Positions 21,974 through 34,355 are shown, counted from the first letter of the whole stretch. The stretch: DNA of 63,883 bases, filler included, from Globobulimina sp. (GCA_003354225.1; 53 parts of 53 records of this genome joined end to end with filler, not necessarily neighbours in it), one strand, 5' to 3'. The notes: generated by a model not told the origin, from the sequence alone. Program-made: numbers and translations.

Positions 21974-22849
21974 CTATCCTATGTTTATAGACAATGGGTC
22001 ATTAGAAACAGTCAAAGTATCAGTTAATGTATCAAGTAATGTGGATTCCAGGTCGTTTATATCAAATACCGCCAAATCTTCCTTAGATGTCAACAATGTG
22101 TCCTTTAATGCCGTCGAAGATTGTGTTGTATCCGCAGAAGATTGCAATTTCAATTCATTAATGCTAGCGAGTTCCGGCGGGTCTGTGGGAGCAATGACCG
22201 GTGATTTAGGAATTATGGGTGGTAAGAATCCGCTCATTAAGTCCGGAGATAGCGAGCGATCAATCTCATATTTATCATTATTACGAGTCGAGACAGAGGG
22301 CACAAATGCCGCCGCATTCACATTCAAAGTAGCATTTGTGGCAATAATTTGTGTGTGATTCTGTTGTTTTTGATCAGAAACGGCGATTTCTATATGTTTA
22401 GCACCATTACGGCTATTCGCAAAATTACAATGGGCACAATTCCAATCAATAGCCATTGTATCAATATTCTGGACATAGTCACAAACGAAACAATGCACTT
22501 CAATTGCTTTGAATTCATCATTCAAAACGTTATCATCATCACTGTGCAAATCATTATTATTCATCAACACATCATGGTCATCATCAACTACGTCCATAGA
22601 GGTCGGTACAGTGTGTGCCATCGCGTTGGGAGACGCATTCTGTGCGTTATTGATATGTGGCTCTACAATTTGTGTATCAATTATAACGGTGTCACGATCC
22701 GGGACATTATTATGATTGACAGTGTGTGGCATAACAACAACGGAGTCATTACGTGGTACCGTTTCATGTCCAAAACGTGGCACAATAACTGGTGCATTGT
22801 AAGGCGCTACGACCGGTACATTATGAGGTTGGTTACGACGCATATTATG
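21974..22849 (-). CDS. Protein with RanBP2-type zinc finger and PAM2-like motif
   Basis: WNCAHCNFAN; LNVNAAAFVP. Confidence 0.5.
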   Translation of the reverse strand, partial: HNMRRNQPHNVPVVAPYNAPVIVPRFGHETVPRNDSVVVMPHTVNHNNVPDRDTVIIDTQIVEPHINNAQNASPNAMAHTVPTSMDVVDDDHDVLMNNNDLHSDDDNVLNDEFKAIEVHCFVCDYVQNIDTMAIDWNCAHCNFANSRNGAKHIEIAVSDQKQQNHTQIIATNATLNVNAAAFVPSVSTRNNDKYEIDRSLSPDLMSGFLPPIIPKSPVIAPTDPPELASINELKLQSSADTTQSSTALKDTLLTSKEDLAVFDINDLESTLLDTLTDTLTVSNDPLSINIG

Positions 22850-22949
22850 NNNNNNNNNNNNNNNNNNNNNNNNNNNNNNNNNNNNNNNNNNNNTTAATTA
22901 ATTAANNNNNNNNNNNNNNNNNNNNNNNNNNNNNNNNNNNNNNNNNNNN

Positions 22950-23995
22950 CATCGCCGTTATCCGCAATTGAGCCTGTTCGTTGACCCAAACCGAAAACGT
23001 TTTGGATTTGTTCATAAATATACCCCGTCCCTGCGGCCAATCCCTTTCCATCCCCGCAACCTTCAAATTGGGATCGCCACTCACAAACAAAAAGTGGTCG
23101 TCCACCAGTTTCTGCCGAGTCTCCTCATCCATAGTCGCCAACGAATAATATGTGCCCGACAGCTCACCGCTTAGTGACTCGAACGCGCCTTTTATTAACG
23201 ACTCGACTGCCAAGCGATGCGTCTTTAATATGCCCGGACTTAAGCCGTAGCCTTCGATGTTTCTGCCGACGCGAATCCGGGTCGATTTTATAGGGATATC
23301 CGTGTGGATATTGCCGGTGATATCGTTGGCGTTCATATTGGAGATGTGTTTGCCATCGAAATTGTGATAATCTTCGATTATGGGATTGAATAACTCGGCG
23401 AAATCAACATAACAATCGTAGTCACCTTACGTTGTAATGTTTGATGTGGTGTGTTTGCTGGGTTTGTGCTGCGAAATTGCGTGTAATGTGCGACTGTGAC
23501 TGTTTTACCTGCATAAATGCCACAATGTTGGTTGTCGAATTGAACGGCGCACGCAATGCATTCGTCTAAGGTACAGCCGGAAGTTTTGGTTTTTTTGTCT
23601 TTTAACTTGTTGTAGATCGCAGGGGTCAAATATTTGGAGACTAAGGAATGTTGGCTCTGAATGTCTGGCATGGTTAATGGTGCTACGTTGGCATAATTGG
23701 TATAGGCATAGACACCACCACCGCCACCGGCTAATAATAATAATATAAATAGCTTAGCTCCGGCGGAGAAACCTTGACCATTTGAACTTGGCTCTGCTGT
23801 AAATCGACGAGTATTTAATTTAAGGAAATTGAAATTGTTGGTTCGAATTGATTTGGATTTGAATTGTATTGCTTTGGTGCGGATATTACGAGTTTTAAGC
23901 AATATAATTCGTAGGTTGGTGTGTGTTGGTCTTGTCTTTCTTAAACTTGTTGTAAAAGAGCGTCTTGCAATTCTGCAAATTGACAACAACGACAT
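22950..23995 (-). CDS. Phosphagen (ATP:guanido) kinase with mitochondrial-type presequence, one intron, 3'-truncated
   Basis: HSLVSKYLT, QHCGIYAG|DYD across intron 23426-23508, STRIRVGRN, LVDDHFLF, ERDWPQGRGIF, VWVNE. Confidence 0.93.
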
Positions 23996-24467
23996 TAGAC
24001 TCCTGCTAACTAACTTTTTTCTGTGAGCTATAACTGAAAGGTTCAATTACATGTCANNNNNNNNNNNNNNNNNNNNNNNNNNNNNNNNNNNNNNNNNNNN
24101 TTAATTAATTAANNNNNNNNNNNNNNNNNNNNNNNNNNNNNNNNNNNNNNNNNNNNATTTTGATAATCGGAGTTTGTTTTACCATTAATATTTGCTAAAA
24201 ACTAGAATTTTTTAACCTTTTGAATATTTATTATTCACACAAATACTTTACCTCAGCAATTCCCTGTAGATTAGTTTAGAAGGATTTGGTTTCGGAATAT
24301 CTCAACTATATATCTGAAAATAAATCACTCCGAGGCAATCACTCCGAACTTAGTCAAAATGTGAAATGTCGGCAACAAATTTCAGAATTTGAAGTTAATT
24401 TGTTGCCAAATGTACGAAACAAAACGAAAAGTAGCCTTTTCAACGAGGGTAACAGTTTAAGAATAAA

Positions 24468-25229
24468 TCATAAATTAAATTTATTACACAATATCTTGTG
24501 GTTAAATCTATTCCAATCATATTTTTGGCACTTTCGAGAACAATAATACACAATTCTACATTTACTACATTTATACCATTTCTTCTTTGGTGAATTCTTC
24601 CACATTTCATTAGAAAATGCAGGTGCTTCATATTTATGAAGATAGAAATTTATTTTACATTTCTTATTGCAACAACTTATTCTATCCCGAAATTCAGTAA
24701 TTTCATTCATATAATTCGAGAGCTGTATTTTGTAAACCTTTCTTATTTTACTATTTTTGTCTGAAAATGCTGTTAAAACCAATCCATAATATTCATACGT
24801 TGCTGTTGAGGATGAATACAATATGTTTTCCCATGCATTCATGAAAAACAGTTTTTGTTTGTATTTCCAAACCAATAACGAAGTATAAATAGCAAAATAA
24901 TATATTTCAAATGGTGGATCAACAATTTTATCAATTTCATCTTGATATTGTGTCATATTAATAAATGGCATCATTACATATACAACGAAAAATCGACCCC
25001 CATCAATCATCAATATCCATTCCAGGCGTTCAAAGGTTTGGCCATTATGATAGAAAATATTGAATACTTTTTCCAACTCCTCATGTCTCACAAATGATTC
25101 TTGTGTTATATAAGTATGCAAACGTTGTTGAAACATATCAATTCCCACAGTTGCCCGTTTGGTATGACATGATGCCCAATCACTTGCACTCTGTTTCCAA
25201 TCTCTTAAATAACAGTCAGATTTAACCAT
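24468..25229 (-). CDS. MYND zinc-finger protein
   Basis: C-terminal KCSKCRIVYYCSRKCQKYDW...HKILC. Confidence 0.85.
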   Translation of the reverse strand: MVKSDCYLRDWKQSASDWASCHTKRATVGIDMFQQRLHTYITQESFVRHEELEKVFNIFYHNGQTFERLEWILMIDGGRFFVVYVMMPFINMTQYQDEIDKIVDPPFEIYYFAIYTSLLVWKYKQKLFFMNAWENILYSSSTATYEYYGLVLTAFSDKNSKIRKVYKIQLSNYMNEITEFRDRISCCNKKCKINFYLHKYEAPAFSNEMWKNSPKKKWYKCSKCRIVYYCSRKCQKYDWNRFNHKILCNKFNL

Positions 25230-25627
25230 AAATGTTATGAATCTAACAAATAATTGCTGTTTGNNNNNNNNNNNNNNNNNNNNNNNNNNNNNNNNNNNNN
25301 NNNNNNNTTAATTAATTAANNNNNNNNNNNNNNNNNNNNNNNNNNNNNNNNNNNNNNNNNNNNTTACAAAGTCTTAATGTCTGCAGTGATATATATATTT
25401 ATAAATAGCGCCGAATTAATGTATCAAAATGTCTTCAGAGTTTGCCTGGAATCGCTGACAAAAAACCAAATCCGATGGCGAGCGATTAAAATAAAAACAA
25501 AAACAAACACAAATCAATTTTAGACAATCGATTCAATGAAACATCAATAAATGCGCAGTGATTGAATCTCGCAATGAATTTGCAAACAAATATCGAGCCG
25601 CAATGAATTAATAAATATTACAATGAT

Positions 25628-26330
25628 GTGATCGTAGTCAAATTGAACAATTATTACAACAACAAATTAAATCCGCGTTTTATGATTGAAAACGACGAAA
25701 GTTTCCGGAATCGCATTGCCAAATTAAAAGGTCTAAACACTTACGAATTGGATGAGTTCGATGACCACATTTACGGCAAAAACAACCTGCAAAACAACCG
25801 GGAAAAGGGAATGAAAAACAAGCGCGAAAACAGCAAAAACAAAACGATCTTCAATTCCAAAGGCAAATCGAGTATGAATTACAAGTTCCGCGCTTTTAAG
25901 AAGTCGTCGCAGCCGAACAGTTTCGTGCAGACCGCCGAGGAGAAGAAGCAAATGAAGAACAACAGCCGCTATCTGATGCATGGCAGTGGCGGCCATGGGA
26001 TGCGCGGAAATATCCACGTCAACGACGACGACATTTACATCTCTCGCGGCGACGGCATCGATATGAACGAATTGATCAATGGCTTGGTTTACAGCGCAGA
26101 GTATCAGGACCACCGCATCGGGACTTTGAACACGGCACAAAACGACGCCTTTTTATGTCAATGCGGACTTGAAAGCCTTTGATTTGTTGAGTTTGCAGTG
26201 TAAGTTTGACGTGATTTTGGTGGATCCGCCGTGGCGGTTTTACGTGGATTTGCTGCGTTGTCTATTTATTGTTTGGTTGGTTTGACCGTCGGTTATTTGG
26301 CGCATAAACATGATATGCCAATGACGATGC
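25628..26330 (+). CDS. MT-A70 family methyltransferase (METTL14/MTB-like), frameshifted as assembled
   Basis: Alternative frame from about 26139 reads KTTPFYVNADLKAFDLLSLQCKFDVILVDPPWRFY; needs a 1-nt shift from the 25628 ORF near 26135-26142; exon boundaries uncertain. Confidence 0.65.
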
Positions 26331-26971
26331 GAACTTGGTATTGTTTCATTAAACTTCTTTTACCAATTTGCAAAATCGAAACCATTGAATGTCTATATTT
26401 AAACTAGTTTTTACCCGTTGATTGGCGACAAAATCTATGGCATAGCAGGTGATATTATCGATATTCTGGCNNNNNNNNNNNNNNNNNNNNNNNNNNNNNN
26501 NNNNNNNNNNNNNNTTAATTAATTAANNNNNNNNNNNNNNNNNNNNNNNNNNNNNNNNNNNNNNNNNNNNACGGCATTGATTGTGGTGATTTTTTACCCG
26601 ATTTAACTGTTGTTGTGTTGCGAGAGAAACCATTTAATATCACAAATTTTGGACATCGTAGGGATTTGGCAAAGCATTTTAAATCACTTAATAACAATAA
26701 TAATATGGATAATGAAGGCGATATCACTCAGTATCACGCTCATTAAAAAAAAACATTTTTACTTTTTTTGTTTTGTTTTGTTTGTTTTTACTAATTAAAT
26801 TGGGCATTTCCCCCAAATTCTGATCAGAAAGCATGACTCAAATGAATTAAATACGGACTTTAAATACGTGTGGATTGGTTTTTGGACTACATCTAGTCGA
26901 GTCGACTAAGCTTTTTATAGTTTTTATTTGGAGTGGACATGTTCCCCTGATAGCAACGTAATATCTACCCA

Positions 26972-27677
26972 ATGCAATTTAAATTATCTATAAAGACAGG
27001 CGGTGTCTCGCCACCACCAAAGAGTCACAACCCGGTTCCCAAAATATGCATAAACGCAGATGAGACAAAATCCTCCGATGACACTGCTCTCAACAATATG
27101 CCCAACATAGAATTGATAGAAACTACTAAACGCGATTCACGCACTAATTCACCCATATCCCATCATTCAGGTCAATTGCAATCAGACAATGATACCCATT
27201 CAAATTCATATTCAGCCATAACACAAACAAAATTAGGTTTAGATATTCAAGTAAACACTGAATCACAATCACAATCACAATCCTCCACTCCCAACAACAA
27301 CAAATCTGATCATGATCACAACACAATGGGTATACCGGAGGAGGAGGACGACGAAGAAGAAGAAGTATTATCAGACTTAAACAACATTGTGTACACAGCA
27401 AAGAAAAGCGTCCCCAAAATAGATTTTGGTTTGCAAATAAACACCAATTCACAGACCACTCTCTGCAAAATCATTGTAAAATCGTCCTCTGACAACGAAG
27501 AGGACTCTGCAGAGCAGAAAATAAATAAAATCACACTCAAAAAAATAGACATCACTCCTTCCGGCAGTCACAGCGAATCCATGGAAGCATCCTCGACTTC
27601 ATTAGTCAATGAAAAAAGCAGTTTATTAGGCTTTCAAAGTGGATCCCTCGACGTCGACTCATTAATACAAAGGTCTG
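26972..27677 (+). CDS. Low-complexity Ser/Asp/Glu-rich N-terminus of an unknown protein
   Basis: Long ORF running into the spacer. Confidence 0.45.
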
Positions 27678-28129
27678 NNNNNNNNNNNNNNNNNNNNNNN
27701 NNNNNNNNNNNNNNNNNNNNNTTAATTAATTAANNNNNNNNNNNNNNNNNNNNNNNNNNNNNNNNNNNNNNNNNNNNCCTCCCCTTCGTTCGGGTAGGGG
27801 TGGAAAAGGGGGGAGAAGGGGGAAAGTAGAATAAATGAAACAACGGTGGCCCGTAACAAATATGTTTCAAGTTAATCGACGTTATATAAAAAGGATGGCC
27901 AAAACAGAGTGGATATGGAATGTCATCTATAATATTTTCGGCATGAAGGCCATCCTAAGTGCGTTAGACAATGGCGTACAATGACATTCCAATTTCGGTC
28001 CTCGTAGACCACCCATATATAAAATTAAAATTTTTGCTGAGAGGAGAAGGAAAGAGATGCAGCGCATCGTTTGAAAGGGTATAAAATGATCTTTTTTTCC
28101 CAATACATTTTGTTTTCAAAGGTTTTATC

Positions 28130-28633
28130 ATGGCTATAAAGTGGTTCGACAAGAAATCAATTATGTCGGCGTGCGCAGGCACGGTCGGAGTAGCACTCAT
28201 TTTTATCTCCATCATGATGATACTTCCTTCGGATATAGATTCAACCAAAAATGTGGAAACTTCAACCACAATGGAAACGTCTACAAGAAGAACTTGGCCC
28301 AAAGACAACTGTTTATTTTCTGCGATGAAGCGAACCGAAAGAGCGCTCCTAACTTTTTGCTATGACCATCAGTTGAATGAACGTCTCACTATTTATTGCA
28401 ATGGGACAGCAGTCGCTTGGTCTAAAGATGCCATCAGAAGAACGTCACAATTTTTAAAAAGGGTCTTTGAAACTATGGAACCATTGGAGCAGCGAAAGGG
28501 ATATCATTTCGAATTGATACCTTATATGAATCTACGTTTCGAAAATGGTGTTTTGCGATATGCTATCTTAGAACAAAAGTGTAATGTGACAGCTTATGCC
28601 GTATATACATTGTATCACTGGCTTTCTTACTGA
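28130..28633 (+). CDS. Hypothetical protein with N-terminal membrane anchor
   Basis: Hydrophobic VGVALIFISIMMIL then Thr-rich stalk; intact ORF. Confidence 0.45.
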   Translation: MAIKWFDKKSIMSACAGTVGVALIFISIMMILPSDIDSTKNVETSTTMETSTRRTWPKDNCLFSAMKRTERALLTFCYDHQLNERLTIYCNGTAVAWSKDAIRRTSQFLKRVFETMEPLEQRKGYHFELIPYMNLRFENGVLRYAILEQKCNVTAYAVYTLYHWLSY

Positions 28634-28985
28634 ATATAACGTTTTATGCATATGACTGTGTAAATATAGCGCTGGTGATTCTCAGAAACCTAAAGGTTTC
28701 ATCGAATTCCCCAGCGTATTTCGCTGGCGCTCCATACGGGGATGTTAAAAAAGATGAGAAAAGAAGCTGAGCATCGTTTGAGAATGTATAAAACAAGTCC
28801 ACACTTCTATAACTTCAGTAAACATGGCTAATATATTTTTCTATCAAGACCTTAGGGAGGTTCTTTGTTTGAAGAATGTTATAANNNNNNNNNNNNNNNN
28901 NNNNNNNNNNNNNNNNNNNNNNNNNNNNTTAATTAATTAANNNNNNNNNNNNNNNNNNNNNNNNNNNNNNNNNNNNNNNNNNNNC

Positions 28986-29084
28986 GAGGACGAAATCGAG
29001 AAGATCATGAAGGCATTGGCGCCCTGTCTCTCGGGCAAAAAGCCCAACAACCTGTTTCTCTATGGGAAAACCGGCACGGGCAAG
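28986..29084 (+). CDS. cdc6: Archaeal-type Orc1/Cdc6 AAA+ fragment
   Basis: [33 protein letters not shown] (Walker A in Orc1/Cdc6 context); breaks off abruptly. Confidence 0.75.
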
Positions 29085-29129
29085 ATGTAGAGCAGTTTGC
29101 GACGCGAAAATTCTTCCGGGTCGAGGTAG

Positions 29130-29354
29130 GTGACCGTCGCCACCGTTTACGATTTGTTGATGGCACAATATGGGGTTCCTCGCGATCTGTCTGGCGAATA
29201 TCCCGAGAATTATGACGATCCAGATCAGCCCTATACCCCGGCATGGTCGGAAAAATATACGGGCCTGTCACGGGACAATCTGATCAAGTTTGCTCGGGAA
29301 TGGGGCTCGACAGCCGAGCATACTCAGGGCAAGTGCACCATTATCATTGGCGCG
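29130..29354 (+). CDS. narG: Respiratory nitrate reductase alpha subunit fragment
   Basis: [15 protein letters not shown]...[18 protein letters not shown]...IKFAREW...[14 protein letters not shown]; lacks the expected continuation GxNHW. Confidence 0.88.
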
Positions 29355-30191
29355 ATATCCTTTTGGTATGGGAACGATCGGTGTGGTGATTAAAGTAACC
29401 GTGGCATTGACATCTTTGTTGCCATAATGTTTACACTTCCAATATAAAAATAATTCTTTTGGCTTACTTTCAATATTGGTAAAATATGGTTTATTTGGCA
29501 ATAATAACGGTGTTACAATCTCTGATTTTTCAGAATATTTTATGGATAAAATCGAGCAACATTTCACTACAAATTGATAATTATTGCCATTGATTAAATT
29601 GGTAAAAACTGCTGGAGATTTACTGCATTTTATTACCTATTTAATACAGTTTCAAACTGAAAAAAATGCACCAAAATATTGCCAATAAATTTTACAAACC
29701 TGCTCATTTCCAATCGCTTCAATTTCAAACCAATATTCCATATGTTGGCACACTTTGGGTATTCGAGGCTCATTGCAGACAAAATAAATAGTTGCACAGC
29801 CTGGCGATGCCACCACTCTCTCAATGGTTGGAGCTTGCAAATTTTGTTTAGATAATTCAATATCATACACATTCATTCCCGGTGCTGGCCAGATACCATT
29901 CGGTTCCACTGCTTCCCATCCATAATTTGGCGGCACCATATCCTTACAACCAGTCATACCGCAATAATAATCCGTAAATTTACCTTTCAAAAAAAAAAGA
30001 AAACCAATCAAAATCAATCAAGAAAAAAAATGAAAACCAGTCAAGAAAAAATGAAAACCAATCAAAAAAAAAATTGAAAACCAAACAAAATNNNNNNNNN
30101 NNNNNNNNNNNNNNNNNNNNNNNNNNNNNNNNNNNTTAATTAATTAANNNNNNNNNNNNNNNNNNNNNNNNNNNNNNNNNNNNNNNNNNNN

Positions 30192-31288
30192 CCAGAATTA
30201 TCCATCGCGATGCCTGTGTTGTTTTGCTTGGGATAGCGGATTTTGTTCATATTGACCGCCTCCTCCAACTCTACATTTTTATTCATCTGAATCTTCTCAA
30301 ATTGCTGCATATCTTCGTTTTTTAGATACTGCCCATACGGGACCGGAGCGGGGCCATTCTCAAACTCCATCTGTTGCTCATTGAAGCTGTTACTTTTACT
30401 TTTGCTCAACGGCGAAGAGGGACTATTCGCGCCGCTTTTATTCTTTTTCTTGGATTTTTTCTCCTTTTTCTTGCTTTTTTTCTTCTTTTTCTCGCTCTTC
30501 ACTTTGGATTTGCGGTGCCAGAATTTCTTTTTTTTACCACCACCACCACTTCCATTCGAGTCAATGTTTTCATTCTTCAAATTATAGCCGTCATTCGCCA
30601 GACCTTTGCCGATCGGGCCGGAGCTCGGCGAACGTGGCTGGGCCACAAAACCCTGCGGTTTTGCTGCGACCCGCATACCGCTGCGGTCATTCTGATAATG
30701 GCCATAGGGGTCAAATATATCGTTACCAGCGGCATCGGGTAATAATGGGTTGTTATTCTTGGATTTGTCCTTCTTGCCAAATCTGCCGCGGCCGTTATAG
30801 AAATCCTTCATGTCGTCGCCCATCGGCGTCTCAAACTCTTTTGGGTCCCAGTTAGCTCCACGGAACTTTAAGTAATGTGGTTGGTCGATCTTGGGTTGAT
30901 AGTCCCGCTTCTTATCACCGTACATATCATTCAATTTATTCAATTGCACGCCGTATTTCTTGCACAATGTCGGCAACTGTCCGTACATCAATTGCATCTG
31001 CGATTTGATCCACAAATCCAACACACTTTTCTTCACCTTGCCACCCATCAAGTGTTGTTGCCGTCCAATATATGTATAAAATAGTATTAAATCGGTGATT
31101 GGTTGTGGTATAAATAATGTTATTTGTGTTCTAATGTACCCCTCTATAAGGAAAATCCAATCTTCCTCAATATCCTCTTTACGGAAACGAACAACCCGGA
31201 CAACATTAGATTTCTTTTTTTCAATTTGATAGTTTATTTTTAATTGTTTTGAATTTGGAACTTCTTTGGGAACTGCATGGTGTACCAT
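30192..31288 (-). CDS. Hypothetical eukaryotic protein with Lys-rich tract
   Basis: Long ORF; IEGYIR...IPQPITDLILFY motif. Confidence 0.5.
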
Positions 31289-31455
31289 TTGAGCAACANN
31301 NNNNNNNNNNNNNNNNNNNNNNNNNNNNNNNNNNNNNNNNNNTTAATTAATTAANNNNNNNNNNNNNNNNNNNNNNNNNNNNNNNNNNNNNNNNNNNNCA
31401 TCTTTTGCAAAAATCGTTGCTGGAGTAGATTTTGTAACATAACTGAACCAACTCG

Positions 31456-32172
31456 TTATTGTAAGCGGATAATCAAATCATTATCTCCCATATAATAACA
31501 GATATCGCTTTTGGTACTCACTCCATTATGATGCAACATTTCAAATCGTTCCAACTGTTTCACGAATCCATTATTTGGATATATTAAACCCCTACAACTC
31601 TTCAGAAAATACCATGCTTCACTTAACGTCAACACATTATATTTCAAATCATTCTCACGTCCAATTCCAGTTCTGATTATATCAATACACTTTTTCTCAA
31701 TATCAGTCCACTGAATTTGTCTATGGATCAAATATGATAAGACCACTGATGCACTCCTGCTTATCCCAGCGGCACAATGAATCAAAATTTTATTATTTTG
31801 CTTCTTATTTCCAGAATTATAATATGGATTGCACTGGTCAATGAACAGTGCTGCAGCTTCTAATGCTATGCGAGCATAGTTAATTTTGTATTTCCGACAA
31901 ACGTGAAAACATGGGATTGCTTTGCTGCAATTTAAAATATGGGTGATTCCCAATTGCTTAATGACACCTGGAAGTGCAGCGTGCGCATAATTTCCTAAGA
32001 ACATCCAATCAGATACAATCATACTGGGCATGGTAGGCATACTTGTACCAACCTCACCGAAATTTTTCAGGGTTGTTTTTTCCGATTTTTTGTCAATCAA
32101 TATATCTGATGATATTTTAGATGGAGGTAATATCACCACACAATATTCATACCTTCTCCTTATCATTCCCAA
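31456..32172 (-). CDS. Dual-specificity protein phosphatase
   Basis: MFLGN...LGITHILNC, ILIHCAAGISRSASVVLSYL, IYPNNGFVKQL. Confidence 0.92.
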   Translation of the reverse strand: MGMIRRRYEYCVVILPPSKISSDILIDKKSEKTTLKNFGEVGTSMPTMPSMIVSDWMFLGNYAHAALPGVIKQLGITHILNCSKAIPCFHVCRKYKINYARIALEAAALFIDQCNPYYNSGNKKQNNKILIHCAAGISRSASVVLSYLIHRQIQWTDIEKKCIDIIRTGIGRENDLKYNVLTLSEAWYFLKSCRGLIYPNNGFVKQLERFEMLHHNGVSTKSDICYYMGDNDLIIRLQ

Positions 32173-33243
32173 ATCATAAACAACTCATTTATAATACCAA
32201 CATATCTCCCCCAACTGCCCTCATCACTTAATATCATCTCCAGCCATAACCTACCCATCCTATCACTCTTAATCAACTCAAAAACAAAATAATAAGAACA
32301 CAATATCCACACTCTCGAAATCATTTCATTCTTTTTCAAATCATTAAATGATATAATATATATCCTTGCATGTTATAATATTTTTTGTTGGAAGGAAAAT
32401 AGGTTAATAATAAAATGTTAATGGTTCCCGATGAAACACAACCTTTAAGAATTCAATTTTGACTTTCAATGTTTTTATTTTGAATAATCTGTAAAAAACT
32501 GTAAANNNNNNNNNNNNNNNNNNNNNNNNNNNNNNNNNNNNNNNNNNNNTTAATTAATTAANNNNNNNNNNNNNNNNNNNNNNNNNNNNNNNNNNNNNNN
32601 NNNNNAATCATATTTGTACATGTTTACTATTGATTGTTGCATTGATATGTTTTATTTTGAACACAAGCGAATCCATTGTTGCTGGGATACTGTTATTAAT
32701 ATTTACGGTGTTGACGTGTTTGTTGATTAAGAGATGCATAAAGTTGGCGGGAATGGAGAGTTGGCTGAGATATATTATGCTTATTAATATTGAAAAAGAG
32801 CAGATATATTTAATTATGCAATCAACTAAAAAAAGATGGAAATATTATGGAATTATTCCACTTTCTGCGTTTAAATCGGTTGGGACATATACTAACACTC
32901 GACATCGATTATGGTGCCGTAAACATGTAAAGTCGTATGTTATTTTATCATTAACCAGGAGAGGAACCGTACGATTTAAAGGAATGAAATTAGATTTTTG
33001 GTATGAAAAGAAAACAGATATAATTATTAAAGAATATGTTGATATTTTACGCGAAAAAGAAGGTGAGAAACAAACGAATTTAAATGATATTGATAGCGTT
33101 GTTGTTAAATTGTTGTTATTGAAATGTCAGACATTGGAACATGTTTCACATTGATAAATTAAGTTATTTTGTATGTTCATAATCTAGTTTTGTAAATGTA
33201 TTTTATTAGTTTGACTCAAGCACTAACCTTAACATTTCGCATT

Positions 33244-33712
33244 TTATAGATTATAAGAAAACAAGTTCAACAACGTTTCATTTAACGTTTCCTTCATCAA
33301 TTTCACATCATTCTGCGAATATCCATCAAATCTATAATCCGGATTACCATATGTTTGCAATGCTTTTTTCCGCCCTCTCGACAGTCCATGCCCTTTAGCA
33401 GCACTTTGCTGTATCACTGGGCCGCCGCTACGCACATAACCTCCCGCGCACGCACACAATTTACTGATTAGCTTCTCCGGTTGGAATAATATGTCCTCAT
33501 ATCTTATCACCAGATGTGGAATATTTTCAGCTGCCTTATAATACTTTTCCTGATCAAATCTACTTTGATTCACGTCATGTAACACATATTTTTTCTCACT
33601 GTTCAAGAAATTCTGTGTCATCCATTCCCTCCAACTAACTGATATTGTACTGTTCCAATATTCCGCGGTTGGCTTCCAATTTACACTGATTGTCTCTCCG
33701 CTGTCTGTCCAT
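33244..33712 (-). CDS. Sulfotransferase-like C-terminal fragment
   Basis: LVIRYEDILFQPE motif and C-terminal L..FSY. Confidence 0.55.
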
Positions 33713-33849
33713 NNNNNNNNNNNNNNNNNNNNNNNNNNNNNNNNNNNNNNNNNNNNTTAATTAATTAANNNNNNNNNNNNNNNNNNNNNNNNNNNNNNNN
33801 NNNNNNNNNNNNGGTTATGATTATGGCAATGCATTTGGAAGTATAGGAA

Positions 33850-34236
33850 TTGAGGCAGGAGGCAAAAATAAATATAAATGGTATTCAATCAAACTGGAAT
33901 GTTTATACTCCTTTGACGAAGCTAGAGTATGCATATGATGGATGGAGTGGTTATACATACAATTTAGGTGAATTTGAAGAATATGGAATTAAATGGGATG
34001 CCGGTGATGTAATTGAAATGAGAGTTGATTTTGCAAAACAAGAAATGGGATATTCAGTGAATGGGTTGGATCAAGGAATTGCTTTTACGAATATAGAGTT
34101 GGCAAAAACATATTATTTGGTTGTTTATATGAATACATCTTATAAAGGAGAAGAGAGCCTTTTGTTAAGTGATTTTAATGAATTTGAGGAGAAAGAAAAT
34201 AAACCACAAACACAATGTACATGTATAATTATATAA
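33850..34236 (+). CDS. SPRY/B30.2 domain protein C-terminus with CaaX box
   Basis: YG.KWDAGDVIEMRVDF....GYSVNG.DQGIAF; ends CTCIII*. Confidence 0.7.
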   Translation: MRQEAKININGIQSNWNVYTPLTKLEYAYDGWSGYTYNLGEFEEYGIKWDAGDVIEMRVDFAKQEMGYSVNGLDQGIAFTNIELAKTYYLVVYMNTSYKGEESLLLSDFNEFEEKENKPQTQCTCIII

Positions 34237-34355
34237 TCTGTAATAATTATTGTATACTTGTGATTTTTGAGTGTTCTCTAAACTAAGCTTCACATTTTTA
34301 AAATTAATTTACAATTAATCCACAGTTTAATAATAATTATTTATTTGGCAATCCT

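Noticed and set aside
21912-22897. Long plus-strand ORFs opposite the RanBP2-finger gene (and similar antisense ORFs elsewhere)
   Set aside because: Shadow frames of the real coding strand, without motifs
29130-29354. narG as horizontal transfer into the eukaryote
   Set aside because: Fragment is cut mid-domain, has no intron, and is flanked by other unrelated fragments; a chimera is more parsimonious
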